From an uncultured delta proteobacterium (GTDB taxonomy: Bacteria; Desulfobacterota; Desulfuromonadia; Geobacterales; DSM-12255), in contig CAWBBV010000003.1 in the NCBI GenBank assembly GCA_963787125.1, positions 1 through 48,332 on the forward strand: a stretch of 48,332 nucleotides of DNA, given 5' to 3'. Position numbers and translations under genes: made by a program. This document shows positions 39,675-48,332 of the stretch, piece by piece. The notes under the pieces are model-generated. The model worked only from the letters and a program-made list of their open reading frames with translations, ran no database searches and was not told the origin of the DNA. Each line of letters begins with the position of its first letter. The stretch's first letter is position 1.

Positions 39675-41300
39675 TTAGATAATCTGTTCCAACAGGGATT
39701 GGATATCATCCTGGGTGGCAATCTCGCATTGCTCTTCAAGGACGGCAGCAAGGATTTCCTCGGTTGTCAGAGGATTGGCCATAACCACACGGAAAACGGT
39801 GATGATGTCACCGTTGTACCGACCAGGTGCGAGACGGGTACGGGAGACAAAGGTTTTTCCGGCCTCGCGCTGGCGCTTCTGCATGGTTTCAGTGATTTTG
39901 TCGAGCAGTTCGTTGATGAGGGCCGACCGCTCCGCCGAGGCAGCTTCCAGGATCTTTTGCACCCAGGCCGGGACGTAGCGATAAGTGAGAATATTGAGCT
40001 CCGGCTCTGACACCAGTTCGAAGTCTGGGTGGGCATCAATGCGCCGGGCGAAGCGCCGGGCACGCTCTATTCCCTGGTCTATAAGCAGCTCATACCCTTT
40101 ACGACCGATGATGGAGAGGCCGGCATGTACCAGCATTGCCATGCCGGGACGCGAACCTTCGAGTGTGCGGCTACCCAGATCTCGTGACCCACGGCGGATG
40201 ATGTAGGCGGCGTGGTGTTCGATTGACGAGAGTGTGGCTGGATCCTTGAACAGCACCATACCGGCTCCCATCGGCACATAGAGCTGCTTGTGGGCGTCGA
40301 TAGTTACCGAGTCGGCCCGTTCAATGCCCTGCAAAAGACCACGATAAGTATCTGAAAACAGAGTCGGCCCGCCCCACGCGGCATCCACATGGAAGTGACA
40401 GCCCAGCTCAGCCGCCAGATCGGCCAGCGCTTCAAGGGGATCAACACTGCCAGTTTCGGTGGTACCGGCGATGCCGATAAGGCTTAACGGGCGAATACCC
40501 TCGCCTCTCAACCTGGCACACTCTTCCCTGAGCCGCTTCATGTCGATGCGGTTATTATCGTCCGTATCCACCGCTACCAGGTTATCCCGGCCGACGCCCA
40601 GCAGATCGGCGGCTTTGCCCAGGGAGTAATGCCCACGGCGGGAGACCAGAATGGCCAGACCCTGGCAGTCCAGATGCTGCAGAGCCTTAAGCAGCCCTTC
40701 CCTGGCGATCCCCTTGAAATCGCCGGATGGCCCGCAGAGGCGGTTACGGGCTGCCCAGAGGGCGGTGACGTTGGCAATAGTGCCGCCGGAGCAGAAGGCG
40801 CCCAGAGAGTAGCTGCTGTTCTGAATCCACTGACTGTAAAATTCGTCACTGCCGCTATAGATCAAACGATGGAGCATGGCCAGCACCTGCCGCTCCATGG
40901 GGGTAAAAGCACGAGAGGTCTCCACCTTGACCAGATTCTGGTTCAGGGCGGTCAGAATCCGCGAGAGGGGCAGCATGAAGTATGGCAGGGCTGAGGTCAT
41001 ATGACCGATGAACCCGGGCGAAGCGGTATGCACGGATTGGGAGACGAGTTTTTCCTTGAGGAATTCTGTGTAGTCCGAAACAAATGTTGGTTCTTCCGGG
41101 ATGCACGCCTTGGAAAAATCCCCCTCTATTTCATCAAGATCACGCTCAACAGCAACGATGTGATCCTGCAAAAAACCCATCAGATTATCGGAAAGAGCTT
41201 GATCGATGCGCCCCAGAGTTGAGTCGGGGGCTTCGGGGACGGTAAAGATCCGGTAGATATTCTCCAGATTGGCTTGGGCTAGTTCTCTAGATTTTGGCAT
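39675..41300 (-). CDS. panP: Pyridoxal-dependent aspartate 1-decarboxylase (group II PLP decarboxylase)
   Basis: FIGHMTSALPYF, LNQNLVKVETS, HVDAAWGG, DAHKQLYVPMGAG. Confidence 0.88.
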   Translation of the reverse strand: MPKSRELAQANLENIYRIFTVPEAPDSTLGRIDQALSDNLMGFLQDHIVAVERDLDEIEGDFSKACIPEEPTFVSDYTEFLKEKLVSQSVHTASPGFIGHMTSALPYFMLPLSRILTALNQNLVKVETSRAFTPMERQVLAMLHRLIYSGSDEFYSQWIQNSSYSLGAFCSGGTIANVTALWAARNRLCGPSGDFKGIAREGLLKALQHLDCQGLAILVSRRGHYSLGKAADLLGVGRDNLVAVDTDDNNRIDMKRLREECARLRGEGIRPLSLIGIAGTTETGSVDPLEALADLAAELGCHFHVDAAWGGPTLFSDTYRGLLQGIERADSVTIDAHKQLYVPMGAGMVLFKDPATLSSIEHHAAYIIRRGSRDLGSRTLEGSRPGMAMLVHAGLSIIGRKGYELLIDQGIERARRFARRIDAHPDFELVSEPELNILTYRYVPAWVQKILEAASAERSALINELLDKITETMQKRQREAGKTFVSRTRLAPGRYNGDIITVFRVVMANPLTTEEILAAVLEEQCEIATQDDIQSLLEQII

Positions 41301-41553
41301 GGGAGTTAAATCACCGATTTTCCAAGGGGTTGAATGATTGGCGAAAAACGTGCTTTCACAGAAATATTAACGCTACCCTAAATACGAATATCTTTGTATA
41401 CAGAACCGGCCCGCCTTCTGTCAAATTCAAAAAAGGAAAATTAACATTAAGCTGTTGACAGCTGAATTGCAGACCGGTTAAATATACCGCCCGCAATTGC
41501 AGGTCGTTATTACCGACAATGCCGGAATATAATTTTGGGGAGGGGATTCACGA

Positions 41554-42432
41554 ATGAGGAACGTATCACAGAAGCTGCAGATGTTACTATTGACGGCGGG
41601 ACTGCTACTGGTCGCTTCAATAGCTCTGGGAGCCAGGGAAAAGGCACCGATTGCCACGGTAACAATCGTCAAGAGTCCGGAACTCTATTCGACTGATCCA
41701 ACGCCGTTGACTCCGAGTCAGTGTGGACAGTGCCACACAGGCCACTACAAAGGGCTGCGTAATGATGGCGCCAGGCACCAGTTTGATTGCCAGAAGTGCC
41801 ACACGACCATCCATGCCTACAACCCTAAAAAGGCAAACTACGATGCGCTGATGCCCAAGTGCGCCAGTTGCCATAATGCCCCGCACGGTAAGGTCATGAT
41901 TGATTGTGCCACCTGCCACGCCGATCCACATACACCTAAAAAAATCGCCATGGGGCCGCGCCTACAGAACAACTGCGCTGAGTGTCATACCGGACCAAAG
42001 CAGCAGCTGACCCAGTTCCCGAGTAAACATACCAAACTCGACTGCTCACGCTGCCACACAAGCCATGGCTTTATCCCCAAGTGTGCGACCTGTCATAAGC
42101 CTCATTATGCCAACCAGGCAGCCGCTACCTGCACTAAATGTCATCAGGTTCATAAACCTCTGCTGATAGAGTGGGATAAAGATTCTGCTACGACAGAAAC
42201 ATGTAACGCCTGCCACGCCAAGATTGTCAGCAAGCTGCGCTCCTCGCCGAGTCGTCACTCAAAAGTAGCCTGCGCCCAGTGTCACCACACCAGACACAAG
42301 TTCAAGCCACTGTGTCAAGAGTGTCATCAGGCACCTCATGCGCCTTATTTCCTGAAGCGCTTCCCTAACTGCCTGACCTGTCATCTTGACGTCCACGATC
42401 CACAGGCAAAGAGTACAACCGGGAAAAAGTAG
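41554..42432 (+). CDS. Periplasmic multihaem cytochrome c, 12 CxxCH motifs
   Basis: Signal peptide plus 12 CxxCH motifs counted in the translation. Confidence 0.93.
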   Translation: MRNVSQKLQMLLLTAGLLLVASIALGAREKAPIATVTIVKSPELYSTDPTPLTPSQCGQCHTGHYKGLRNDGARHQFDCQKCHTTIHAYNPKKANYDALMPKCASCHNAPHGKVMIDCATCHADPHTPKKIAMGPRLQNNCAECHTGPKQQLTQFPSKHTKLDCSRCHTSHGFIPKCATCHKPHYANQAAATCTKCHQVHKPLLIEWDKDSATTETCNACHAKIVSKLRSSPSRHSKVACAQCHHTRHKFKPLCQECHQAPHAPYFLKRFPNCLTCHLDVHDPQAKSTTGKK

Positions 42433-42454
42433 TTTCTAAGTGGTTTCAAATTGT

Positions 42455-42495
42455 AAAAAAAACCTCCGTGGCTTGCATAGCCACGGAGGTTTTTT
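42455..42495. terminator. Bidirectional terminator
   Basis: AAAAAACCTCCGTGGCT...AGCCACGGAGGTTTTTT between convergent genes. Confidence 0.9.
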
Positions 42496-42520
42496 ACATT
42501 AATTATCAGCTCAACTGCAG

Positions 42521-44329
42521 CTACGTCCGCTTGAACAGCTTTTCAATATCCCGCAACGAAATTCTGGCCACAGCCGGACGGCCATGGGGGCAGTGGGCGG
42601 AAAAATCTGTTCTGTCCATCCCGGCAAAAAGGGGCTGAATCTCGTCCACGGCAAGATGGCGCTCGCCTCTGACAACCGCATGGCAGGCAATGGTTGCCAG
42701 CATGTCATCCACCTTGTCATTAAGCAGCGTGCTGGAGCCAACCCCGGCGATCTCTGCAAGAATATCCCGCAGAGCCTGCTGGTAATCATGGCCGGAAAGC
42801 GGCAACGGCACACCGTTCAACAGCCAGGTATTGCCGCCGAAATGCTCAAGCTCGAAACCGAGCCGGGTAATTATCTCCAGCTGCTCCGTCAGCAAAGCAG
42901 CCTCGCGCGGCATCAGCTCTAAAGTCTCCGGGAAGAGCAGCCGCTGCCCCTCTATCACCGAATTTCTGAAACTGCTGCGCAACTCCTCGAACACGACCCG
43001 TTCATGGGCAGCATGTTGATCGATAATAACAAGATCTGACTCGTCCTGACAAAGGATGTAAGCAGCTCTGAACTGGCCGATAACCTGAAGTGAGGCGAAG
43101 AACCCGGCTTTATCGGCGAGATTTTCAGCAACCGCGGGCGGCTGACTGAAAGTTTCGACAACCGGAACTGCGAGAGGAGCAATACTCCTGTTAACCGGGT
43201 AGAACACCTGCTGCGGCGTTGGCGCTGCCGAATACCTTAGCAACGCATCCCGCACTTCTTCAACTCTGGAGCTGCCTGGCAACGTAGTAAGCGGACGATT
43301 GAACGGGAAAGAAGCGCTGGTCGTTGATTTATCGAGCCAGGGTGTTGTTCTGAGGAGCGTTTCAAGGGCGCCGCTGATAGTCTGATGAACTTTTGACTGC
43401 TCACGAAAACGCACCTCATGCTTGGTCGGGTGAACATTGACGTCAACATCTTCCGGTTCGATATCGATAAACAGCACAATGACCGGATAACGGCCGCGCT
43501 CCAGGACATTCCGGTAAGCTTGCATTACCCCATGCTGCACAACCCTGTCGCGAACATAGCGGCCGTTGATAAAGGTGTAGATACAGGCAGCGGTCGAGCG
43601 GCTCGTTGCCGGGGAGCCGAGCAACCCTTTCAGGACAATACCGTTCTCCTCACTTTGGATAGCGTAGAGATCAGTGGAAAGGTTTTTCCCCAGCACCTCT
43701 TTTGCCCGGCTGACCATGTCGCCGTTGAGAAACTTCAGCAGCGGTTTCGAGTCAGCTGTATAGGTAAAACGGACCTGGGGCCTCGACAGTGCCAAGCGGT
43801 GCAGGATCTCCCCCACATGCCCGGTCTCGGTCTCCCTGCTCTTCATGAACTTCAGTCGTGCCGGTGTATTGAAAAAGAGGTTTCTGACGGAGATTGCGGT
43901 GCCGACCGGCATGCCACAGGCCTTCAGATCTTTGATTTTGCCACCTTCGGCATATATTTCCACCCCTTCCAGGGAGCCATTTTCTCTGCTCGCCAGGGAA
44001 AACCTGGAGACTGACGCGATCGAAGGGATTGCCTCACCTCTGAAACCGAGAGTACCCAAGGCAAAGAGATCGGAATCGGCTGAAATCTTGCTGGTGGCAT
44101 GCCTTTCCAGCGACAGCAGCGCATCCTCCCTCGACATCCCTGAACCGTTATCGCTCACCCGGATGAGCCGCTTGCCGCCATCCTCAATTTCCACAATCAC
44201 TTCAGTGGCGCCGGCGTCCAGCGAGTTCTCTACCAGCTCCTTGACAACCGATGCCGGACGCTCAACAACCTCACCGGCGGCTATTTTGTTAGCAAGCTGC
44301 TCCGGCAGTATCCTTACTTTTGAAGCCAT
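42521..44329 (-). CDS. mutL: DNA mismatch repair protein MutL
   Basis: IAAGEVVERPASVVKELVENSLDAGA, GFRGEA, DQHAAHER, CPHGRP. Confidence 0.98.
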   Translation of the reverse strand: MASKVRILPEQLANKIAAGEVVERPASVVKELVENSLDAGATEVIVEIEDGGKRLIRVSDNGSGMSREDALLSLERHATSKISADSDLFALGTLGFRGEAIPSIASVSRFSLASRENGSLEGVEIYAEGGKIKDLKACGMPVGTAISVRNLFFNTPARLKFMKSRETETGHVGEILHRLALSRPQVRFTYTADSKPLLKFLNGDMVSRAKEVLGKNLSTDLYAIQSEENGIVLKGLLGSPATSRSTAACIYTFINGRYVRDRVVQHGVMQAYRNVLERGRYPVIVLFIDIEPEDVDVNVHPTKHEVRFREQSKVHQTISGALETLLRTTPWLDKSTTSASFPFNRPLTTLPGSSRVEEVRDALLRYSAAPTPQQVFYPVNRSIAPLAVPVVETFSQPPAVAENLADKAGFFASLQVIGQFRAAYILCQDESDLVIIDQHAAHERVVFEELRSSFRNSVIEGQRLLFPETLELMPREAALLTEQLEIITRLGFELEHFGGNTWLLNGVPLPLSGHDYQQALRDILAEIAGVGSSTLLNDKVDDMLATIACHAVVRGERHLAVDEIQPLFAGMDRTDFSAHCPHGRPAVARISLRDIEKLFKRT

Positions 44330-44418
44330 GAAACTACCTCCATTCATACTGGCTTATGAATATACCCACGGCAGGGTAAAAAATCCATCCCATTCAACGC
44401 CTTCATTATAAGCATTGC

Positions 44419-44435
44419 TGCCTGTTTTTTAGTCA
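44419..44435. promoter_or_regulatory. Possible NtrC-type enhancer site
   Basis: 17-bp TGCCTGTTTTTTAGTCA about 60 bp upstream of the sigma54 site. Confidence 0.4.
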
Positions 44436-44497
44436 CAAACCTGGATAAGCAAAGCTGTTAATACAGCTAATTATCGTAATTACAGCTAGTTACTTTT

Positions 44498-44513
44498 TGG
44501 CAGAGTAGTTGCT
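44498..44513 (+). promoter_or_regulatory. sigma54 (-24/-12) promoter of amt
   Basis: TGGCAGAGTAGTTGCT matches TGGCA-N6-TTGC. Confidence 0.75.
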
Positions 44514-44573
44514 GTGACATCTGGTCATGCTCACAACGACCGGTGAGCATATACATTACCAACGGGGGTAATC

Positions 44574-45794
44574 ATGGAGTCCTTAGCAGCTATTACGAGT
44601 TTGCGCGCCAGTACCGACGTCCTTTTTCTGATGCTTGGCGCAGTCATGGTTTTTGCCATGCATGCCGGTTTCGCCTTTCTTGAAGTCGGCACCGTCAGAA
44701 AGAAGAGCCAGGTCAACGCTTTTGTCAAAATTCTCACCGACTGGTCAATCTCCACGGTTGTCTACTTTCTTATCGGCTTCCCCCTCGCCTACGGCATCTC
44801 CTTTCTTAAACCTGCCGACCAGCTGATCTCTGAAAGCCAGGGGTACGATCTTGTTCACTTCTTTTTTCTCCTCTGCTTCGCCGCCTGCATCCCGGCAATA
44901 ATCTCCGGCGGGATTGCCGAGCGAGCAAAGTTCTGGCCACAGGTTGTTGCCGGTGCAATTTTTGCCGGACTGACCTACCCGCTCTTTGAGTCGTTAATCT
45001 GGGGAAAAAATGCCGGTATCCTCCAGGACCTCTTCAAAAGCTTCGGCGGCGCTGAATTCCATGATTACGCCGGCTCAGTTGTTGTTCACTCCATTGGTGG
45101 CTGGCTGGCGCTCCCTGCAGTTCTGATCCTCGGCCCGAGAATGGGTCGCTATACAAAGAAAAGATCCAACCCCATCCCTGTCAGCAATATCCCTTTTTTG
45201 GCGCTCGGTTCCTGGATTCTGGCCATCGGCTGGTTCGGCTTTAACGTCATGAGCGCCGGCCATCTGGACAAGATTTCCGGACTGGTGGCAGTCAACTCAC
45301 TGCTGGCAATGGTCGGCGGAGTCATCGCGGCCCTGATTGCCGGCAAGAACGATCCCGGCTTCATTCACAACGGCGCCCTGGCTGGCCTGATCGCTGTCTG
45401 CGCCGGCAGCGACATCATGCATCCGCTGGCAGCCCTGGTAACCGGCGCTATTGCTGCAATAATTTTTGTCTACGGCTTTCATATCGAGCAGGAAAAGTTG
45501 AAAATTGATGACGTCCTCGGCGTCTGGCCACTGCACGGCATCATCGGCTCATGGGGAGGCATTGCCGCCGGAATTTTCGGCCAGAAATGGCTTGGCGGGA
45601 TCGGTGGCGTCTCATTCCTTTCACAGCTAGGCGGGACACTACTGGCAATTCTCTTCGCACTCTTCAGCAGCTTCCTTGTCTACGGCGTGCTGCATAAAAC
45701 TGTCGGCATAAGAATGAACGAAGATGATGAATTTGCCGGACCGGATATGGTCTACCATCACACCGGCGCTTACCCGGAAGAATCAGTCAGATAG
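44574..45794 (+). CDS. amt: Ammonium transporter (Amt family)
   Basis: FAMHAGFAFLEVG, IISGGIAER, DYAGSVVVH, GWFGFN, DDVLGVWPLHG. Confidence 0.95.
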   Translation: MESLAAITSLRASTDVLFLMLGAVMVFAMHAGFAFLEVGTVRKKSQVNAFVKILTDWSISTVVYFLIGFPLAYGISFLKPADQLISESQGYDLVHFFFLLCFAACIPAIISGGIAERAKFWPQVVAGAIFAGLTYPLFESLIWGKNAGILQDLFKSFGGAEFHDYAGSVVVHSIGGWLALPAVLILGPRMGRYTKKRSNPIPVSNIPFLALGSWILAIGWFGFNVMSAGHLDKISGLVAVNSLLAMVGGVIAALIAGKNDPGFIHNGALAGLIAVCAGSDIMHPLAALVTGAIAAIIFVYGFHIEQEKLKIDDVLGVWPLHGIIGSWGGIAAGIFGQKWLGGIGGVSFLSQLGGTLLAILFALFSSFLVYGVLHKTVGIRMNEDDEFAGPDMVYHHTGAYPEESVR

Positions 45795-45817
45795 CATTCT
45801 ACCCTTTATAAACAGAC

Positions 45818-45847
45818 AAAAAAACCCGGTGCTCACCGGGTTTTTTT
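45818..45847. terminator. Intrinsic terminator
   Basis: AAAAAAACCCGGTG-ct-CACCGGGTTTTTTT. Confidence 0.88.
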
Positions 45848-46069
45848 GTACTTGCAGGGAGTAGAACGCTTTCATTTTCCATCCGGAAGCGGACGGCACA
45901 TAGAACCATGCTTAAATACATGGAAGCGCGCCGGCGCCAGCAGTATTACGCCCCTCAATCCCCTTCGGTTGAAACAGCAACGGCGATCGGTCGACGTTGC
46001 TGCTAATTTTCATCCCCCTAAATTACAAGGTTTTAACAGTCGGCGTCATTTATGTGCTAGAGTCAAGGC

Positions 46070-46624
46070 ATGTCCATGGAAACATTCATCACCGCATACG
46101 GTTATCCGGCCCTCGCAATCGGCACCCTACTGGAAGGGGGGATGGTCGGCATGGTCGCCGGCAGCCTGGCGAACAGCGGCTACATGCAGCTGCCGTGGGT
46201 GATCTGTGTCATCTTCTGCTGCGCCTTTGGCGCCGACCAGTTTTTCTTTCAAGTCGGGAAGCGCAGCGGTGAGAAGTTCCTGGCAAAACGGCCAAAGTTG
46301 CAGCCGCAGGTCGAACGGGTCCGCCATTTCCTTGTCAGATTCCACATCATTGCCGTGCTCGGATTTCGTTTCGTCTACGGAATGCGTACCATAACCCCAA
46401 TCGTCATCGGTGCCAGCGGCTTCGACACCCGCCGCTTCGTGCTCCTTAATCTCTGCAGCACCCTCCTCTGGGCAACGGTCGTCGGCTGTTTTGGCTACTT
46501 TTTCAGCCACTTTCTGGAGACGTTTCTCTCCGATGCAAGACACCACATCGTTGCAATCCTCTGCGTAGGGCTGGTTTTCAGCGGCGGCATCTGGTTCTGG
46601 CGCCGCTGGATGAAAAGGCGATAG
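46070..46624 (+). CDS. DedA-family membrane protein
   Basis: YGYPALAIGTLLEG, ADQFFFQVG, RFVYGMRT. Confidence 0.9.
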   Translation: MSMETFITAYGYPALAIGTLLEGGMVGMVAGSLANSGYMQLPWVICVIFCCAFGADQFFFQVGKRSGEKFLAKRPKLQPQVERVRHFLVRFHIIAVLGFRFVYGMRTITPIVIGASGFDTRRFVLLNLCSTLLWATVVGCFGYFFSHFLETFLSDARHHIVAILCVGLVFSGGIWFWRRWMKRR

Positions 46625-46697
46625 AGGTTTTCATTCCTGCCGAGCAGGATGATCCTGCCGATTGACTTTCAGCGATTTTGTTGTTACAAATTTACTT

Positions 46698-46976
46698 ATG
46701 AAGATTGAATTCGATCAGATCAAATCAGACAAGAACTTCGCTGAGCGTGGCTTGCCGTTTGATCGAGCCTCTGATTTCGGATGGGGTTCTGCTGAAATAA
46801 CTGTCGATATCCGTAATGATTATCCTGAAATCAGGTATATTGCTGTCGGATATCTTGACCACCGTCTTCATATTCTTTGTTTTACCCCCGTTGCTGATGC
46901 TGTCCGGGTAATCAGCTTTCGCAAAGCAAACAGAAGGGAGGGTGATAAATATGGCAAACCGCTTACCATTAACTGA
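46698..46976 (+). CDS. brnT: BrnT-family toxin
   Basis: MKIEFDQIKSDKNFAERGLPF...YPEIRYIAVG...RVISFRKAN. Confidence 0.92.
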   Translation: MKIEFDQIKSDKNFAERGLPFDRASDFGWGSAEITVDIRNDYPEIRYIAVGYLDHRLHILCFTPVADAVRVISFRKANRREGDKYGKPLTIN

Positions 46977-47253
46977 TAAAGATGGAGAAGTACGGGAACT
47001 GACGAAAGAGGATTTTAAACATTTCCGACCTGCTTCCGAGGTTCTTCCGCAATTGTTCAGCAAAGAAGTAGCCGATGAGATGCTTGCTAAAAAGCCAGGC
47101 CGCAAGCTAGGCAGCGGTGTTAAGGATTCACAAACCGTGCGCTTTGACCGTGACGTTCTTGCTGCTTTCAAGGCCACGGGAAAGGGTTGGCAGACCCGTA
47201 TGAATGAAGCACTGCGTGCATATCTAAAAGAGCATCCAATGACGCATGCTTGA
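46951..47253 (+). CDS. brnA: BrnA-family antitoxin
   Basis: QTVRFDRDVLAAFKATGKGWQTRMNEALR. Confidence 0.92.
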   Translation: MANRLPLTDKDGEVRELTKEDFKHFRPASEVLPQLFSKEVADEMLAKKPGRKLGSGVKDSQTVRFDRDVLAAFKATGKGWQTRMNEALRAYLKEHPMTHA

Positions 47254-47299
47254 TTAATTTCCTCTCCTATTAAAAAAGGGAGCCCCAAAGGGCCCCAAA

Positions 47300-48332
47300 G
47301 GGGACGTTGTTGATTAGTCAACTAAATTGCATCTAAGAGCCGGATTTCCACTGACAATCTCCCCTCCACGCTTTACTGCCACACTCACTCCCGAACGAGT
47401 CATGTTAAGCGCTCCGGCAACGGTGACTCCGTTAAAATTGCACTCCCTCACGGCCAGGTAACAGATGGCTGCCCTGGCATCGGCCAATTCTTTAGTTCTG
47501 TTCTTCTGCCGCAACAATTCAACTTTTACTTTCAGCATGTCGGCGGCTCTTTGCATCATTTCATCAAGTGATATTTTCGGGACGTGGATTTCACTGGACT
47601 CCGTCTCGCGCCAGAGGCTCTCAACAAATTCACCACTGCCGAGTATCCTTTCGTCATAAGCCTCATACTCTCCCATATTTCGAGCGCCCTGAGACCGACG
47701 CAACCCACCGCCGCCAAGATCAGCGCGCTTACCCTGCTTGATGCCGTCAATGACGAATTTCCGGTATGTTTGCCGAGCGACTTTCTTCTTCTGACCAAAC
47801 AGCAGCAGGACGTCATCGACAGTTTGTCCGGTGAATTCCTGCTTTCCCATGAGCACTCCATGGCCACTCCATGGATAGATGTCCAGTTCGTCAATTGTTT
47901 TTGCCAGACCCACCCGCAATGGATTCAAATGAATGTAGCGTATCAGCTCAAGCAGATAGGCGTCTTCCTGGCAGGCAATTGATTTGTAACGATTCTGGAA
48001 AAGGTGTCCGGAACGTTTGTGCTGGAGGTTGAAGACTATGGCGTAACCGGTAAGCAGGCGGCGCATGAAGTCGGAAAGTTTTATCTCTCGCGGGCGAAGG
48101 AGCAGATGGAAGTGGTTGGACATGAGCGCCCAAGCAAGACAGTCGGTGCCGGTTTCGGCGAGAAGCTTGGAGAAGCGCTCAAGGAACGGGCGGCGGTCGT
48201 TATCGTCGAGGAATATGTCTCGCCGCTCGATTCCACGAACGATAACATGCTGCAACAAACCGGGAATATCTATGCGTGCTGTACGTGGCATGGGCGAAAG
48301 ATAACAGAGAAGAGTGAGTTAGTCAACTAATC
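47300..48332 (-). mobile_element. RAYT-like Y1 transposase element with palindromic end motifs; right end cut by the window edge
   Basis: GGGGACGTTGTTGATTAGTCAACTAA at 47300-47325 and TTAGTCAACTAATC at 48319-48332 flank the ORF. Confidence 0.7.
47314..48291 (-). CDS. REP-associated-type tyrosine (HUH/Y1) transposase with C-terminal DnaA_C-like HTH
   Basis: MPRTARI, HVIVRG, LMSNHFHLL (HUH), GHLFQNRYKS, RYIHLNP, YPWSG, C-terminal ARAAICYL. Confidence 0.9.
   Translation of the reverse strand: MPRTARIDIPGLLQHVIVRGIERRDIFLDDNDRRPFLERFSKLLAETGTDCLAWALMSNHFHLLLRPREIKLSDFMRRLLTGYAIVFNLQHKRSGHLFQNRYKSIACQEDAYLLELIRYIHLNPLRVGLAKTIDELDIYPWSGHGVLMGKQEFTGQTVDDVLLLFGQKKKVARQTYRKFVIDGIKQGKRADLGGGGLRRSQGARNMGEYEAYDERILGSGEFVESLWRETESSEIHVPKISLDEMMQRAADMLKVKVELLRQKNRTKELADARAAICYLAVRECNFNGVTVAGALNMTRSGVSVAVKRGGEIVSGNPALRCNLVD

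Overview
Chromosomal window that looks like a Geobacteraceae/Desulfuromonadales genome (inferred from gene content: TIGR04442-like gene cluster, a 12-haem cytochrome c, DUF4388 proteins). Left end (1-5.1 kb) is accessory DNA: a class IIC group II intron inserted in an attC-like site, a probable integron cassette, a duplicated ~130-bp repeat unit that carries a truncated toxin plus antitoxin and an IS630, and a Phd-VapC pair. The middle holds a MarR/TolC/EmrAB efflux operon split by a DUF4388-roadblock gene and a degenerate CbbX-type AAA+ gene, a hybrid kinase, the GPMC-like cluster, a FadR-controlled putative ether-lipid operon, a second DUF4388/roadblock locus and the core tRNA-Val-thrS-infC-rpmI-rplT-pheST-ihfA-merR-tRNA-Pro block. 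The right end has panP, the cytochrome, mutL, amt, dedA, a BrnT/BrnA pair and a RAYT-like Y1 (HUH) transposase whose end motif recurs 45 kb away at the left-end repeats. Best candidates for undescribed systems: (i) the RAYT-like element with GGGGACGTTG repeats linked to toxin-antitoxin cargo, (ii) the two DUF4388/roadblock loci with a probable pseudo-ATPase, (iii) the FadR ether-lipid operon. All family assignments come from motif recognition by eye; no database searches were run.
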